Source: Candidatus Acidiferrales bacterium (GTDB taxonomy: Bacteria; Acidobacteriota; Terriglobia; Acidiferrales; UBA7541). From it: 64,000 nucleotides of DNA. The first letter of the stretch is position 1; each line of letters opens with the position of its first letter. Position numbers and translations under genes: made by a program. Shown piece after piece: positions 8,864 through 19,302 of the stretch. Below the pieces are notes generated by a model. It was not told where the DNA came from, searched no databases, and was given only the letters and a program-made list of their open reading frames with translations. Location: positions 2,403 through 66,402 of the forward strand of contig JBIOGB010000021.1 of NCBI GenBank assembly GCA_044447665.1, given 5' to 3'.

Positions 8864-10318
8864 TCAGACGAATCCATCGGCAGCAACGACAGTTTCTTCT
8901 AATTTTCTCTTGGCCCCGCCAATCGAGACCAACTGGTCTCGCGTCGGCTCCGCGCAACAATACCAGGGCTCGCTCAGGAACGGCACGGCGGCGCTCGATG
9001 CCTGCGTATCCCGAAGACCAGGAACATCCACGCCGGCAACTTCATGGGACGCTTTCCAAATCCGCTGAAACACTGCGGAGCGGGATTCTTTTTTGCGGTC
9101 ACCTTCCGCGGCCAGAGCTTGCACGGTTTCGCTCAACTCATCAAGTCGCGGGTTCGCATGCTTCCACGGATAAACCAGCGATTGCGGATCAAACGTTCCC
9201 ACGAGTCGCCGCACCTCTTCCAACTCCAGCAGCCGCGAACCTTCTGGAATCAGCAAGCGAATGCCGAGCTGAATGGGCGCGACATTTTCGGCGAGCCCTT
9301 CCGCTTGAATAACCTCGAGTAAGTCAAGATACGAATCCATTGTCGTCCACGGACTAAACGGCACGAAAGTCGGATGAAGAGTCATTCCCAGCTCGCGAAA
9401 GTTCCGCACAATCCGAAGGAAATCCTCGCGTGTGTGCCCTTTGTCAAGGATTTTCAGAAAAGTGTCATCCACGGATTCGACGGCACTAATGACAAAGAGG
9501 CATCCGGTCTCCTTGAGCTTAGGCAAGTAACTCTCATGCTTGCGCAGGTGTTCGATCTTGATTGTGGCGTCGTACGTGACCCCGGGAAATTCACGATGAA
9601 ACGCTTCGACCAGTTCCATCGCGTGGCGAATTCCATTGAAAAAGTCCGGATCACCGAACGAAATATGTTGCGCGCCGGCAGCCACCTGGCGGCGAATGTC
9701 CTCAAGAACGACATCGCGGCTAACGATGCGGAAAACACCTTTGTACACAGGCACAATCGGGCAGTGCCGGCAGAGATGCTTGCAGCCACGGCTGGCTTCG
9801 GTGGAACCCACAATGCGGTAACCCTTACCGGGCATGATAAGGTGCGCATACTTTTCGAGCGCGGGCATTCCTGTGCGATCGGGAACTTCGAAGGCCAGCC
9901 GATTCATAGATACTATCGGCTCTTCCTGTGGCTGCGCTGAGACTTGTTCGGCCGAAGCGATACGCTCCGCTAAATGAACAAGTCCCTCTTCGAACTCGCC
10001 CCCCAGAACCGTAGAGACTCCCAGCGACCGCAAGTATTCCGCATTCATTGGTGCGTAGAGGCCATAGCAACAGAGAGCGGCCCGCGGATTTCGCTCGCGC
10101 AAACCGGGAATGAGCTGTGCCGCAAGCCTCGTGGCCGTGTGCATGGGCAGGTAAAGGGCGATCAGGCCGGCCGTGCGGATCGCAGCTTCGTCCAGCGATT
10201 GTCTCGTGAGGTCCAGGCACACGACGCAGTGGCCGCGCTTACGCAACCACGCCGCCGGCGAGGCCAGCCCGAAAGGCTGCCGCCCGAGCTCATAAGTCGA
10301 AATCAGGACGATGTTCAC
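8864..10318 (-). CDS. CUAEP/CCAEP-tail radical SAM protein (B12-binding-like N-terminal domain), Cys form
   Basis: CxxxCxxC 'CKHLCRHC', C-terminal 'EPWYCCAEP', N-terminal 'LISTYELGRQPFGLASPAAWL'. GTG start at 10318 inferred because the longer ORF overlaps acnA. Confidence 0.85.
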   Translation of the reverse strand: MNIVLISTYELGRQPFGLASPAAWLRKRGHCVVCLDLTRQSLDEAAIRTAGLIALYLPMHTATRLAAQLIPGLRERNPRAALCCYGLYAPMNAEYLRSLGVSTVLGGEFEEGLVHLAERIASAEQVSAQPQEEPIVSMNRLAFEVPDRTGMPALEKYAHLIMPGKGYRIVGSTEASRGCKHLCRHCPIVPVYKGVFRIVSRDVVLEDIRRQVAAGAQHISFGDPDFFNGIRHAMELVEAFHREFPGVTYDATIKIEHLRKHESYLPKLKETGCLFVISAVESVDDTFLKILDKGHTREDFLRIVRNFRELGMTLHPTFVPFSPWTTMDSYLDLLEVIQAEGLAENVAPIQLGIRLLIPEGSRLLELEEVRRLVGTFDPQSLVYPWKHANPRLDELSETVQALAAEGDRKKESRSAVFQRIWKASHEVAGVDVPGLRDTQASSAAVPFLSEPWYCCAEPTRDQLVSIGGAKRKLEETVVAADGFV

Positions 10319-10403
10319 GCTGGTACAAGTATAGCTGCCCGCCGCCCGGAATCGATTTCGGTTATCATAGAGGCCTGCCGGTGGCAGGGAAAGGACGGCG
10401 AGA

Positions 10404-13070
10404 ATGCCTTTATCCACGGGAAATTCCTTCGGCACGCGCGACACACTCAACGTCGGCGCACAGACCTTCGAGATCCACCGTCTCGAAGCGCTCGAGAAGC
10501 AGCGCATTACCAGCCTTGAAAAACTGCCCTTTTCACTCCGCATTCTGCTCGAAAATCTCCTGCGCTGCGAAGACGGCCGCTTCGTGCGGGCCGACGACAT
10601 TCGCGCACTGGCCACGTGGACTCCCGGGGTAGCGCAAAAAGAAATCGCTTTCATGCCTGCGCGTGTCTTGCTGCAGGATTTCACGGGTGTTCCGGCGGTG
10701 GTCGACCTTGCAACAATGCGCGAGGCCGTCAAGCACATGGGCGGCAATCCTAAGCTGATCAACCCGCTCTTCCCCGCCGAACTGGTCATCGATCATTCCG
10801 TTCAAGTCGATAGTTTCGGCAATGCCAAAGCATTCGGCCTGAACGCAGAGCTGGAATTCCAGCGTAATGTGGAGCGCTATGCGTTCCTGCGGTGGGGTCA
10901 GACCGCATTCCAGAATTTCAAAGTGGTTCCGCCGGACACGGGCATCTGTCATCAGGTAAACCTCGAATATCTCGCGCGCGTCGTTTGCGCCATGCCTTCC
11001 GGAACAAAGGTGCAAGCCTACCCCGACTCCGTGGTCGGCACCGATTCGCACACCACGATGGTGAACGCGCTCGGCGTCTTCGGCTGGGGCGTCGGTGGGA
11101 TCGAAGCAGAAGCGGCCATGCTCGGCCAGCCGTCTTCGATGCTGATACCCGAAGTGGTGGGCTTCCGCCTGCACGGCCGGTTGAGCGAGGGCGCAACGGC
11201 GACTGATCTCGTCTTGACCGTGACCGAGATGCTTCGCAAAAAAGGCGTGGTCGGAAAATTCGTTGAATATTACGGCAGTGGACTCTCCAGCTTGAGTGTG
11301 CCGGACCGCGCCACCATCGCCAACATGGCTCCAGAGTACGGTGCAACGATGGGCTTCTTCCCCGTCGACGCCGAAACGCTGGCCTACTTGCGATTCACCG
11401 CGCGGCCCCACGAGCAGGTCGCCCTGGTCGAGGCATACTGCAAGGAACAGTCGCTCTTCCGCACCGACGCCACCCCCGAACCATCCTTCAGCGATAAGCT
11501 CGAGCTCGACCTCGGATCAGTCGAACCCACCGTCGCGGGGCCAAAGCGCCCGCAGGACCGCGTACCGCTGCGTCAGGCGAAGACCTCGTTCACGAAGGTT
11601 GTCGAAGGAATTCCGGACAAGCACATCGCCGTTCGAAACAATGGCGACTCGTTCGATTTTTCGAGCGGCGCGGTCGTCATCGCCGCCATCACCAGTTGCA
11701 CGAATACTTCAAATCCGTCGCTGATGCTCGGTGCGGGCCTGCTCGCGAAAAAAGCGGTCGACAGAGGTCTGCACGTGAAGCCCTGGGTGAAGACGAGCCT
11801 CGCCCCGGGCTCGAAGGTCGTGACGGATTACCTGCTGTCGTCGGGGCTGATGCCATATCTTGAGAAGCTGAAGTTCCATCTCGTCGGGTACGGTTGCACA
11901 ACCTGCATCGGCAACAGCGGTCCATTGCCGGAACCCATCGCCGCCGCAATCAAGGAAAACAACCTCGTGGCTGTGGCGGTCCTCAGCGGCAACCGAAATT
12001 TCGAAGGCCGCATTCATCCGCTGGTTCGCGCGAACTATCTTGCTTCGCCGCCGCTCGTGGTGGCGTATGCGCTGGCGGGCCGCATGGACCTTGACCTGAC
12101 CACCGAAGCGCTGGGCAAGGACACAGCGGGAAAACCCGTCTACTTGCGCGACATCTGGCCGACGCCACAGGAAGTGGAAGCGACGGTGCGCTCGGCAGTT
12201 TCCAGCGAGATGTACCGCAAGGTGTACGCCGAAGTGTATGAAGGCGACGCACACTGGAAGTCCATGCCCACGCCCGAAGGTGACTTGTACTGCTGGGATC
12301 CAAAATCCACCTACATTAAGATGCCGCCGTATTTCGAAAACATGCCGAAGGATCCGCCGGCACTCGCGGACGTTCACGGCGCCCGCGTCCTCGCCATTCT
12401 CGGCGACAGCATCACTACGGACCACATCTCGCCTGCCGGCTCCATTCCCGTCGATTCCCCCGCCGGCAAATATCTCATCGCCAACGGAGTCAAGCCGCAC
12501 GAGTTCAACTCCTACGGCGCGCGGCGCGGCAATCACGAAGTGATGATGCGCGGAACATTTGCAAATATCCGGCTGCGCAATCAGCTTGCACCGGGTACGG
12601 AAGGCGGCTGGACCCGCTACATCCCCGGCGGCGAACAAATGCCCATCTACGACGCCGCGGTTCGTTATCGCGAGGCCGGCGTGCCGCTGATTGTAATCGC
12701 CGGCAAAGAGTACGGCTCGGGCTCTTCGCGCGACTGGGCTGCGAAGGGCGCGCGCCTTCTCGGAGTGCGCGCGGTGATTGCAGAGAGCTACGAGCGCATT
12801 CACCGCAGCAACTTGCTTGGCATGGGAGTTCTGGCATTGGAATTCAAGCCGGGCGAAACCCGCGAATCTCTGGGCCTGACAGGGCACGAAGTCATTGAAA
12901 TCGAAGGCGTCGCAGGCCTGGCGCCTCGAAAAGAGCTTAAGGTCCGCGCGAAATCGGACGGCGGCAAGGAAAAAACATTCAGCGTAATTGCCCGCGCGGA
13001 CACCCCGGAAGAGGTTGCCTATTATCGTCACGGTGGCATCTTGCAGTATGTCCTCCGCCAGATGCTGTGA
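10404..13070 (+). CDS. acnA: Aconitate hydratase A
   Basis: '[13 protein letters not shown]', 'DHSVQVD', 'GTDSHT', '[10 protein letters not shown]', '[12 protein letters not shown]', '[10 protein letters not shown]'. Confidence 0.97.
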   Translation: MPLSTGNSFGTRDTLNVGAQTFEIHRLEALEKQRITSLEKLPFSLRILLENLLRCEDGRFVRADDIRALATWTPGVAQKEIAFMPARVLLQDFTGVPAVVDLATMREAVKHMGGNPKLINPLFPAELVIDHSVQVDSFGNAKAFGLNAELEFQRNVERYAFLRWGQTAFQNFKVVPPDTGICHQVNLEYLARVVCAMPSGTKVQAYPDSVVGTDSHTTMVNALGVFGWGVGGIEAEAAMLGQPSSMLIPEVVGFRLHGRLSEGATATDLVLTVTEMLRKKGVVGKFVEYYGSGLSSLSVPDRATIANMAPEYGATMGFFPVDAETLAYLRFTARPHEQVALVEAYCKEQSLFRTDATPEPSFSDKLELDLGSVEPTVAGPKRPQDRVPLRQAKTSFTKVVEGIPDKHIAVRNNGDSFDFSSGAVVIAAITSCTNTSNPSLMLGAGLLAKKAVDRGLHVKPWVKTSLAPGSKVVTDYLLSSGLMPYLEKLKFHLVGYGCTTCIGNSGPLPEPIAAAIKENNLVAVAVLSGNRNFEGRIHPLVRANYLASPPLVVAYALAGRMDLDLTTEALGKDTAGKPVYLRDIWPTPQEVEATVRSAVSSEMYRKVYAEVYEGDAHWKSMPTPEGDLYCWDPKSTYIKMPPYFENMPKDPPALADVHGARVLAILGDSITTDHISPAGSIPVDSPAGKYLIANGVKPHEFNSYGARRGNHEVMMRGTFANIRLRNQLAPGTEGGWTRYIPGGEQMPIYDAAVRYREAGVPLIVIAGKEYGSGSSRDWAAKGARLLGVRAVIAESYERIHRSNLLGMGVLALEFKPGETRESLGLTGHEVIEIEGVAGLAPRKELKVRAKSDGGKEKTFSVIARADTPEEVAYYRHGGILQYVLRQML

Positions 13071-13102
13071 TCGGTAGCTGACGAATTTCCGAGAGGATCT
13101 TT

Positions 13103-14416
13103 GTGCCAAAAAAAATGGTTTGGTCTCTTCTTCTGATGCTTTGCGCCGCGATTTCCTCCTTTGGGCAGCAAGCGCAATCCCCCGCGGCGTCACCCGTCAC
13201 GGCGATCCGCGCAGGAAAACTCTTGGATGTCGAATCCGGCCGCCTGCTGGCGAACCAAATCATTCTTGTGCGCGACGGAAGGATCCAGGCAGTCGGCGAG
13301 AACTTTCCCGTTCCCGCAAGCGCCAGCGTTATCGATCTTTCCAAAATGACTGTGCTCCCCGGCCTGATTGACTGTCATACGCATCTGGCTGATGGCGCTC
13401 GCGACACCGATCCCGTTTCCCAGCTAAAGAAAACCGCTGCGCAGGTTGCCCTGGAATCCGTACCAAACGCGCGCGTCACCCTCGAATCCGGTTTCACGAC
13501 GGTCCGCGACGTTGGCGTCTATCGCGCGCTTGGCGACATCGCTCTCCGTGACGCGATTGCGCGCGGATACGTCGTCGGCCCCCGCATGTTTGTGGCGGGA
13601 GCGTACATCACCATTACAGGCGGCGCTGGAGCCATGACCGGCTTCGCGCCGGATATTCAGCTCCCTTGGGATTTGCGCTATGGCGAAGCCAACAGCCCCT
13701 GGGAAGTGCGCCAGAAGGTGCGCCAGCTCGCGCACGACGGTGTGGACCACATCAAAGTGCTTTCTACCGGAGCCGTGCTCACCCACGGAAGCAATCCCAG
13801 CTCTCTCGAATTCACTCCCGAAGAGCTTGAAGCGGCCGTGATTGAAGCCAGGAATTTCGGTCTTCGTGTCGAAGCCCACGCGCACGCCCCCGAAGGCATC
13901 AAGAACGCCATTCGGGCCGGAGTCGCTTCCGTCGAACACGCCACGTTAATCGACGACGAAGGCATCGCACTCGCCAAAGAGCGCGGCACATACCTCGACA
14001 TGGACATTTATGACGAAGAGTGCATCCAGGAGGACGGCAGGAAAAGTAATATTCCTCCCGATTTTCTCGAACACGACCGGGACCTCGGAGAGGCTCAGCG
14101 TCAGCGCTTCGGAAAGGCGGTCCGCGCAGGAGTGAAAATGTCGTTTGGCACGGACGCCGGCGTGTGCCCCTATGGCGTCAGCGCTCGTCAATTCGCATTC
14201 ATGGTGAAGTACGGAATGACGCCCATCCAAGCCATCCGCTCCGCCACCAGCAATGCTGCGGACCTGCTGGGCAAATCAAATCTCTTTGGCTCCTTGCAGC
14301 CCGGCAAGTATGCGGACATCATTGCCGTCACCGGCGATCCTCTGTCCGATATCCGCGTCCTCGAACATGTGAATTTCGTAATGAAAGAGGGGAAGATCTA
14401 CAAGCAGGAACCGTAA
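13103..14416 (+). CDS. Secreted amidohydrolase (Xaa-Pro dipeptidase-like)
   Basis: Signal peptide, 'PGLIDCHTH', 'AHAH', 'SVEHA', 'FGTDAG'. Confidence 0.88.
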   Translation: MPKKMVWSLLLMLCAAISSFGQQAQSPAASPVTAIRAGKLLDVESGRLLANQIILVRDGRIQAVGENFPVPASASVIDLSKMTVLPGLIDCHTHLADGARDTDPVSQLKKTAAQVALESVPNARVTLESGFTTVRDVGVYRALGDIALRDAIARGYVVGPRMFVAGAYITITGGAGAMTGFAPDIQLPWDLRYGEANSPWEVRQKVRQLAHDGVDHIKVLSTGAVLTHGSNPSSLEFTPEELEAAVIEARNFGLRVEAHAHAPEGIKNAIRAGVASVEHATLIDDEGIALAKERGTYLDMDIYDEECIQEDGRKSNIPPDFLEHDRDLGEAQRQRFGKAVRAGVKMSFGTDAGVCPYGVSARQFAFMVKYGMTPIQAIRSATSNAADLLGKSNLFGSLQPGKYADIIAVTGDPLSDIRVLEHVNFVMKEGKIYKQEP

Positions 14417-14443
14417 AATACATTCACTTCCCGACTTGAGAGT

Positions 14444-14476
14444 AAGGGCGCATTCAGCGGCGCCCTTCTTTTTTTT
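14444..14476 (+). terminator. Intrinsic terminator after the amidohydrolase gene
   Basis: AAGGGCGC-attcagcg-GCGCCCTT hairpin followed by CTTTTTTTT. Overlaps the 3' end of the convergent lgt fusion. Confidence 0.6.
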
Positions 14477-15827
14477 GCGCCAAAACGAGGCCACGCGGTG
14501 TCGGCAGTAGCAGCACCGACAGTAATCCTTCGCTCTCGAGTCTCAGCGCCGCTTCCCTGACCGTTTTCATCGCCGAACTCGCGTCATGCATCGCGATCAA
14601 CCCATGCGGATTCATCTGCGGAAGGAACCGCCGCACTTCCCGTTCGCGCAGCGGCGCGTCGCTGTCGCAGAAAAGCAGGTCAATTCTACCGTCCAGCTTT
14701 ACCTCCAGGCTCGATTCATTCCGCGCCTCAATCCATTCGCCAAGACCTGACGACGCAAACCGCTTCTGCGCGGATGCAAAAACTTTCGGGTCATATTCGC
14801 AGGTCACGACCCGGCCAAAACCGTTGGCCCTCAATCCTTCCGCGATGTGCAGTGTGCTGAGCCCCGAAAAAGTACCCGTCTCCACCACCAGCTCCGGCTT
14901 GGTTGTAGTGACGAGGGCTTTCAGAAAATCGAGCACTTCCGCTTCCGCGCTCATCGAGTCGTACATGTGCCAGCGCTCCGGGTGAGGGCATTCCGGCGTG
15001 GGTTTGTGATATTCCTGCTGCAAAACGTCGCCGCGCGAAGCGATATGCTCTACGATGCGGTGCTCCTTCTTGAGCGCGTGGAATTGGCTCTTGATACGCC
15101 AAAGCAACACCGCGCCAAAAAGAATCGAGGCGACGCTCGCGGCCTGTGCATTTGACAAACCGAAGAAAGACCGCGGATTGATGCGGATAAATTCGACCAA
15201 GAAGCGCGCCACGCCCGTCCAAATCAGATAGTTGGCAAAAATTTCGCCCTTGGCCTTGGGCCCTCGCAGCGCTTTCGTCCCCATGTGCCACAGGAAAGCC
15301 GCAATCGCAAGCCAGATGAAAAACTCGTAGAGCGGTGTGGGGTGTACGCGCTCTGTCGTCGGCACGATTCCGTTGGGGAAGCTCATCCCCCACGGAAGCG
15401 TTGTGGGCATGCCGTAGTCGCCGTCGCCGGAGAGGAAACATCCGATACGCCCGACGGCGTAGCCGGCGGCACCTGCCGGCGAACAAGCGTCCAAGAACTC
15501 GAGGAGCGGAATCTTTGCGCTCCTCGCCAGCAGGATCAGCGCCGCGAATCCACCCAGGAATCCGCCGAACCACGCGAATCCCACGCGGCTGAAAATGTAG
15601 GGCCACGGATCCGCAAAAAATTCGCTCGGGCTTTCCAGCACATGATAGAGGCGCGCGCCGGCAATCCCCGCCAGCCCGGCGATACCGATGATCAGGAATG
15701 CGTCCGCTTGAAGTTTGCGCCGCTTGAAATCCGCATCCAGGATGTATGCGGCGCAAAGAAGCGCGGTTGCAACCATCAAGCCGAATGTGGGAAGGGTCAG
15801 CGGGCCCAGGTGTATGTACGGAATCAT
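14454..15827 (-). CDS. lgt: Prolipoprotein diacylglyceryl transferase fused to a class I SAM-dependent methyltransferase
   Basis: Lgt motifs 'GARLYHV', 'GRIGCFLSG', 'HPTPLYE', 'RFLVEFIR'. C-terminal 'VVETGTFSGLST' and 'IDLLFCDS...IAMHD' (Methyltransf_24-like). Confidence 0.85.
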   Translation of the reverse strand: MIPYIHLGPLTLPTFGLMVATALLCAAYILDADFKRRKLQADAFLIIGIAGLAGIAGARLYHVLESPSEFFADPWPYIFSRVGFAWFGGFLGGFAALILLARSAKIPLLEFLDACSPAGAAGYAVGRIGCFLSGDGDYGMPTTLPWGMSFPNGIVPTTERVHPTPLYEFFIWLAIAAFLWHMGTKALRGPKAKGEIFANYLIWTGVARFLVEFIRINPRSFFGLSNAQAASVASILFGAVLLWRIKSQFHALKKEHRIVEHIASRGDVLQQEYHKPTPECPHPERWHMYDSMSAEAEVLDFLKALVTTTKPELVVETGTFSGLSTLHIAEGLRANGFGRVVTCEYDPKVFASAQKRFASSGLGEWIEARNESSLEVKLDGRIDLLFCDSDAPLREREVRRFLPQMNPHGLIAMHDASSAMKTVREAALRLESEGLLSVLLLPTPRGLVLAQKKEGRR

Positions 15828-15884
15828 GTCAATGAGACGAGCTCTTGCCCACGAAAGTATACACGACGCTGCCGGTAAGCCCGG

Positions 15885-17198
15885 TCAAGACCTACGGTGA
15901 AGCAGAATTCCGATGGTGAGCCAGACACCAAGCGCCGCCCATTCCGCCGGAGTGAAATGCCCGGGGAAAATGGGCAGCAATTTCATAAGCAGCAGGAGCA
16001 GTGAAATGACAATCCCAAGCCCAGTAATCACGCGCAATCTTGGCCGCGGCTCCACAAGCCAAAAAGACAAGCACGCCGCGAGCCACCCGAACGCGGAGGC
16101 CATCGAGCCAACTTCGGTAACCGGGACCAGCAGCGCGTCGCCGAGAAATAGCCCGATTAGAGTGCCTACGGTAATCCCGATGACTGCGACAGAAGGAGTG
16201 GAGAATACTTCGTGGATGACGCCAAATCGCGCAGCGACAGTGCCTCGGCGGGCAAATGCAAAAAGCAAACGGGTCGAGGCTGCGAAGTTGCCGTTGAAGC
16301 ATTGAAACAAGCCGAAAAGCCCCATGGTAAAGATCAGGCTGACCGGCCACCTGGAACCGAGGGCTCCCTCGAAAGCGATGGCGGTGGCGAAGCGCTTTCC
16401 AAGCAGGCTCTGCCACGGAGCAATGTAAGCCACCGCCGCGATGGAAAGCGCGTAGAAAAACGCTCCTACCCCCAAGGCGAGCGCAATGGCCCGCATGTAG
16501 TTCTTCCCGCGAAAGTCTGGATTAGCCTCCTCCGCATATTTAGGAACGGACTCGAAGCCGGTCATGAAATACGGCACGATCTGCAGCGTGAGCAGGATCG
16601 AGACAAATGGAGTTGCGCGAAATACCGGATGAAAATTGGCGGGAGCGCCACGCGTGGCGCTGACTCCCACAATGATCAGAAAGAGCAGGAGAACCGTACT
16701 GGTCATGGTTTTCTGGAAATTTGCGCTAAGCCGGATGCCGCGGTAATTGAGGACGGCGAGGAAGAGTGTTAGGGCGATTCCCAGAATGAGGCGCGGCAAA
16801 AACACAGGCTGGCCCGCGACTCGATACAATTCGAGGGAGTCAAGCGACGGAAAAATGTACGCTGCGATTTTTCCTAAGGCCACGGCTTCCCAGGGGCAAA
16901 CGATGAAATAGGCGAGAAGCATTATCCAGCCGGTGAAGTAGCTGACGATCGGGGGAAAGACCTGCGCCGTATAGGCAGCCTCACCGGCCGCATCGGGAAG
17001 GCGCAGCACCCATTGCCCGTACACGTAGCCGACGGGCAGCAAAATGATTCCGCCAAATGCGAAGCCCAGGATGGCGCCCAGCGGCCCGCCGCGCCCGAGC
17101 CAATCGTCCATCAAGATGAGCCACCCGGTGCCAATCATTGTGCCGAAGGCCAGCGCGAAATAATCGTGGCCCCTGAGTTTGCGCGCCAGGGTGGGCAT
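15885..17198 (-). CDS. APC-family amino acid/polyamine permease
   Basis: 'FGTMIGTGW', 'GFESVPKYAEE', about 12 TM segments. Confidence 0.88.
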   Translation of the reverse strand: MPTLARKLRGHDYFALAFGTMIGTGWLILMDDWLGRGGPLGAILGFAFGGIILLPVGYVYGQWVLRLPDAAGEAAYTAQVFPPIVSYFTGWIMLLAYFIVCPWEAVALGKIAAYIFPSLDSLELYRVAGQPVFLPRLILGIALTLFLAVLNYRGIRLSANFQKTMTSTVLLLFLIIVGVSATRGAPANFHPVFRATPFVSILLTLQIVPYFMTGFESVPKYAEEANPDFRGKNYMRAIALALGVGAFFYALSIAAVAYIAPWQSLLGKRFATAIAFEGALGSRWPVSLIFTMGLFGLFQCFNGNFAASTRLLFAFARRGTVAARFGVIHEVFSTPSVAVIGITVGTLIGLFLGDALLVPVTEVGSMASAFGWLAACLSFWLVEPRPRLRVITGLGIVISLLLLLMKLLPIFPGHFTPAEWAALGVWLTIGILLHRRS

Positions 17199-18149
17199 TT
17201 ACAGCACGCAGAGCAATTCGAAAAGAAGATTGGCGGCGAGCAAGGAGGTAATCTCGCCGGTATCATAAGGGGGCGAGACCTCAACGAGGTCGCACCCAAC
17301 AATATTCAGTCCGCGCAGCGCGCGCACGAGCTCCAGGATTTGCACGCTCGTCAACCCGCCCACCTGAGGTGTCCCCGTTCCGGGTGCATAAGCTGGATCC
17401 ACCGCGTCAATATCAAGAGTGACGTACACCTGTTTGCTGCGGAACGTCTTCAAATGCCGCTTAACGACCGCCATGCCCTTTTCGTGAAATACTTCGGCGG
17501 TCACCATTTTCACCTTGTGGGCGCGCGCAAAGTCGAAGTCTTCCTCACCGTAAACCTGCCCGTGAAGGCCGACTTGCAACACGCCGCCGTCCAACAGCAG
17601 ACCTTCTTCGAAGGCGCGGCGGAACGGGGTTCCATGCGAGTATTTGCTGCCGAAATACTCGTCCCACAAATCATTGTGGGCGTCGAATTGGATCAACGAA
17701 ACCGGTCCGTGCTTCTTCGCCACCGCACGCAGAATCGGCAGGCTGATCGAGTGATCTCCTCCAACGCAAACACAGCGCGCACCCGCCTGCAATACGAGCC
17801 GGATGCCCTCTTCGATCCGGCGAAAAGTATCCTCAATGGACAGCGGATTGACGGAAAGGTCTCCGAAATCGGCAATGCGGTACTTGGCGAAGGGATTCAC
17901 ATTCAAGACAGGATTCCAAGGCCGGATAATCGCCGATTGTGCGCGGACATGACGCGGCCCGAAACGAGGTCCCGGCCGATACGTTGTGCCGCCGTCGAAC
18001 GGCACTCCGATCAAGGCGATCTCCAGCTCCTCGGGCTGTGAGATATGCGGCAAACGCATAAATGTGGGGATCCCCGTAAAGCGCGCAGAGGTGAGCGCGT
18101 CGACCGGTTCGGGATGGGGTAAACGAAACTTCCGCTGTGCTGAAGGCAT
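17199..18149 (-). CDS. speB: Agmatinase (ureohydrolase)
   Basis: 'GGDHSI', 'DAHNDL', 'SHGTPF', 'DIDAVDPAYAPGTGTP', 'DLVEVSP'. Confidence 0.88.
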   Translation of the reverse strand: MPSAQRKFRLPHPEPVDALTSARFTGIPTFMRLPHISQPEELEIALIGVPFDGGTTYRPGPRFGPRHVRAQSAIIRPWNPVLNVNPFAKYRIADFGDLSVNPLSIEDTFRRIEEGIRLVLQAGARCVCVGGDHSISLPILRAVAKKHGPVSLIQFDAHNDLWDEYFGSKYSHGTPFRRAFEEGLLLDGGVLQVGLHGQVYGEEDFDFARAHKVKMVTAEVFHEKGMAVVKRHLKTFRSKQVYVTLDIDAVDPAYAPGTGTPQVGGLTSVQILELVRALRGLNIVGCDLVEVSPPYDTGEITSLLAANLLFELLCVL

Positions 18150-18338
18150 GGCGGTGCATCTTAGTTTCCCGAAATAGCCAAAGTCAACGCGCAACGATCC
18201 GCATGTCGCGCTCCATTCGGTATGACCAAGTCACACCTCGACTTTCAGGCCTTGAACCAGACGTTGCCTTTCTTCGCCCGCACTAAGTCACCGGGACGCT
18301 GTTCCGCGGCCTCTCGCCTGTACTAAACTCCCTGCATC

Positions 18339-19262
18339 ATGAAACACAACAAACTCATCAAAGAGGCCGCGCGCCTCGCAGAACCCTTCTGCATCGCGGA
18401 TGGTGAGAAGTTTCGCCTGCAGGACTACGACCCCGCTGATACGAACGGGGTGAAAAACAAAGAACACGCTCAGAGCATCCTGGATAGACGCGTTGGCCTG
18501 CTCAGTCACATGCAGGAGAAACTTTACGCCCAGGACCGCTGGGCGCTCTTGGTCATACTCCAAGCTGTGGACGCCGCCGGCAAGGACGGCGTGATCAAGC
18601 ACGTCATGTCCGGAGTAAATCCACAAGGCTGCGAGGTTTTCTCCTTCAAGTCACCGAGCAATGAAGAGCTGAATCACGATTATCTTTGGCGGATCCACAC
18701 CCGAATGCCAGAGCGTGGCAGGATCGGAATCTTCAACCGCTCCTATTATGAAGATGTCCTAGTCGTGAGAGTTCACCGGGAATTCTTGAAGGCGGAAAAA
18801 CTGCCGGAACGGTTGCTGACGGATCGCATCTGGGAAGACAGGTTTGAGGATATTAGAGCGTTTGAACGCTACTTGACACGGAATGGCGTGGTCATTCGCA
18901 AATTCTTCCTGCATGTCTCGAAAAAGGAGCAAGAAAAAAGGTTTCTGGAGAGACTTGAGGATCCCAATAAGAATTGGAAGTTCTCGATGTCGGATATCCA
19001 GGAGCGCGGCTTCTGGAAGGACTACCAGCAAGCATACGAAGAGATGATTCAAAAAACGGCAACGAAGCACTCCCCGTGGTACGTCGTTCCCGCCGATAAC
19101 AAGTGGTTCACAAGACTGGTGGTGGCCTCGGCGATCATCGAAACGCTGGACGGGCTGGATTTGGCATTCCCTGCCGTTGATAAAGCAAAAAAGAAGGAAT
19201 TGAAGGCCGTGCGCGAATCTCTCCTGCAAGGCAAAGATTACACCAACGCGAATCCGGTGTAG
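18339..19262 (+). CDS. ppk2: Polyphosphate kinase 2 family (class III-like)
   Basis: Walker A 'DAAGKDG', 'FNRSYYE', 'PWYVVPADNKW'. Confidence 0.92.
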   Translation: MKHNKLIKEAARLAEPFCIADGEKFRLQDYDPADTNGVKNKEHAQSILDRRVGLLSHMQEKLYAQDRWALLVILQAVDAAGKDGVIKHVMSGVNPQGCEVFSFKSPSNEELNHDYLWRIHTRMPERGRIGIFNRSYYEDVLVVRVHREFLKAEKLPERLLTDRIWEDRFEDIRAFERYLTRNGVVIRKFFLHVSKKEQEKRFLERLEDPNKNWKFSMSDIQERGFWKDYQQAYEEMIQKTATKHSPWYVVPADNKWFTRLVVASAIIETLDGLDLAFPAVDKAKKKELKAVRESLLQGKDYTNANPV

Positions 19263-19302
19263 CGCGAATCCTGTCCCGCCAGCACGCGCTGTCCCTTCAA
19301 AT

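Noticed and set aside
8954-8959. Possible selenocysteine in the rSAM tail
   Set aside because: Codons are TGT TGC on the minus strand. There is no in-frame TGA.
10319-10789. 157-aa N-terminal extension of the radical SAM ORF
   Set aside because: Overlaps the antisense strand of acnA. Family similarity begins at the GTG at 10318.
11709-13193. 494-aa minus-strand ORF, and similar long ORFs at 68-1462, 4349-5629, 17013-18041, 24199-25239 and 49267-50331
   Set aside because: Antisense shadows of well-supported genes in high-GC DNA, with no recognisable motifs.
18222-18235. Extra CRP-like box upstream of ppk2 (ATGA-ccaag-TCACA)
   Set aside because: Spacer is 5 nt rather than 6 and there is no partner at 22 bp.
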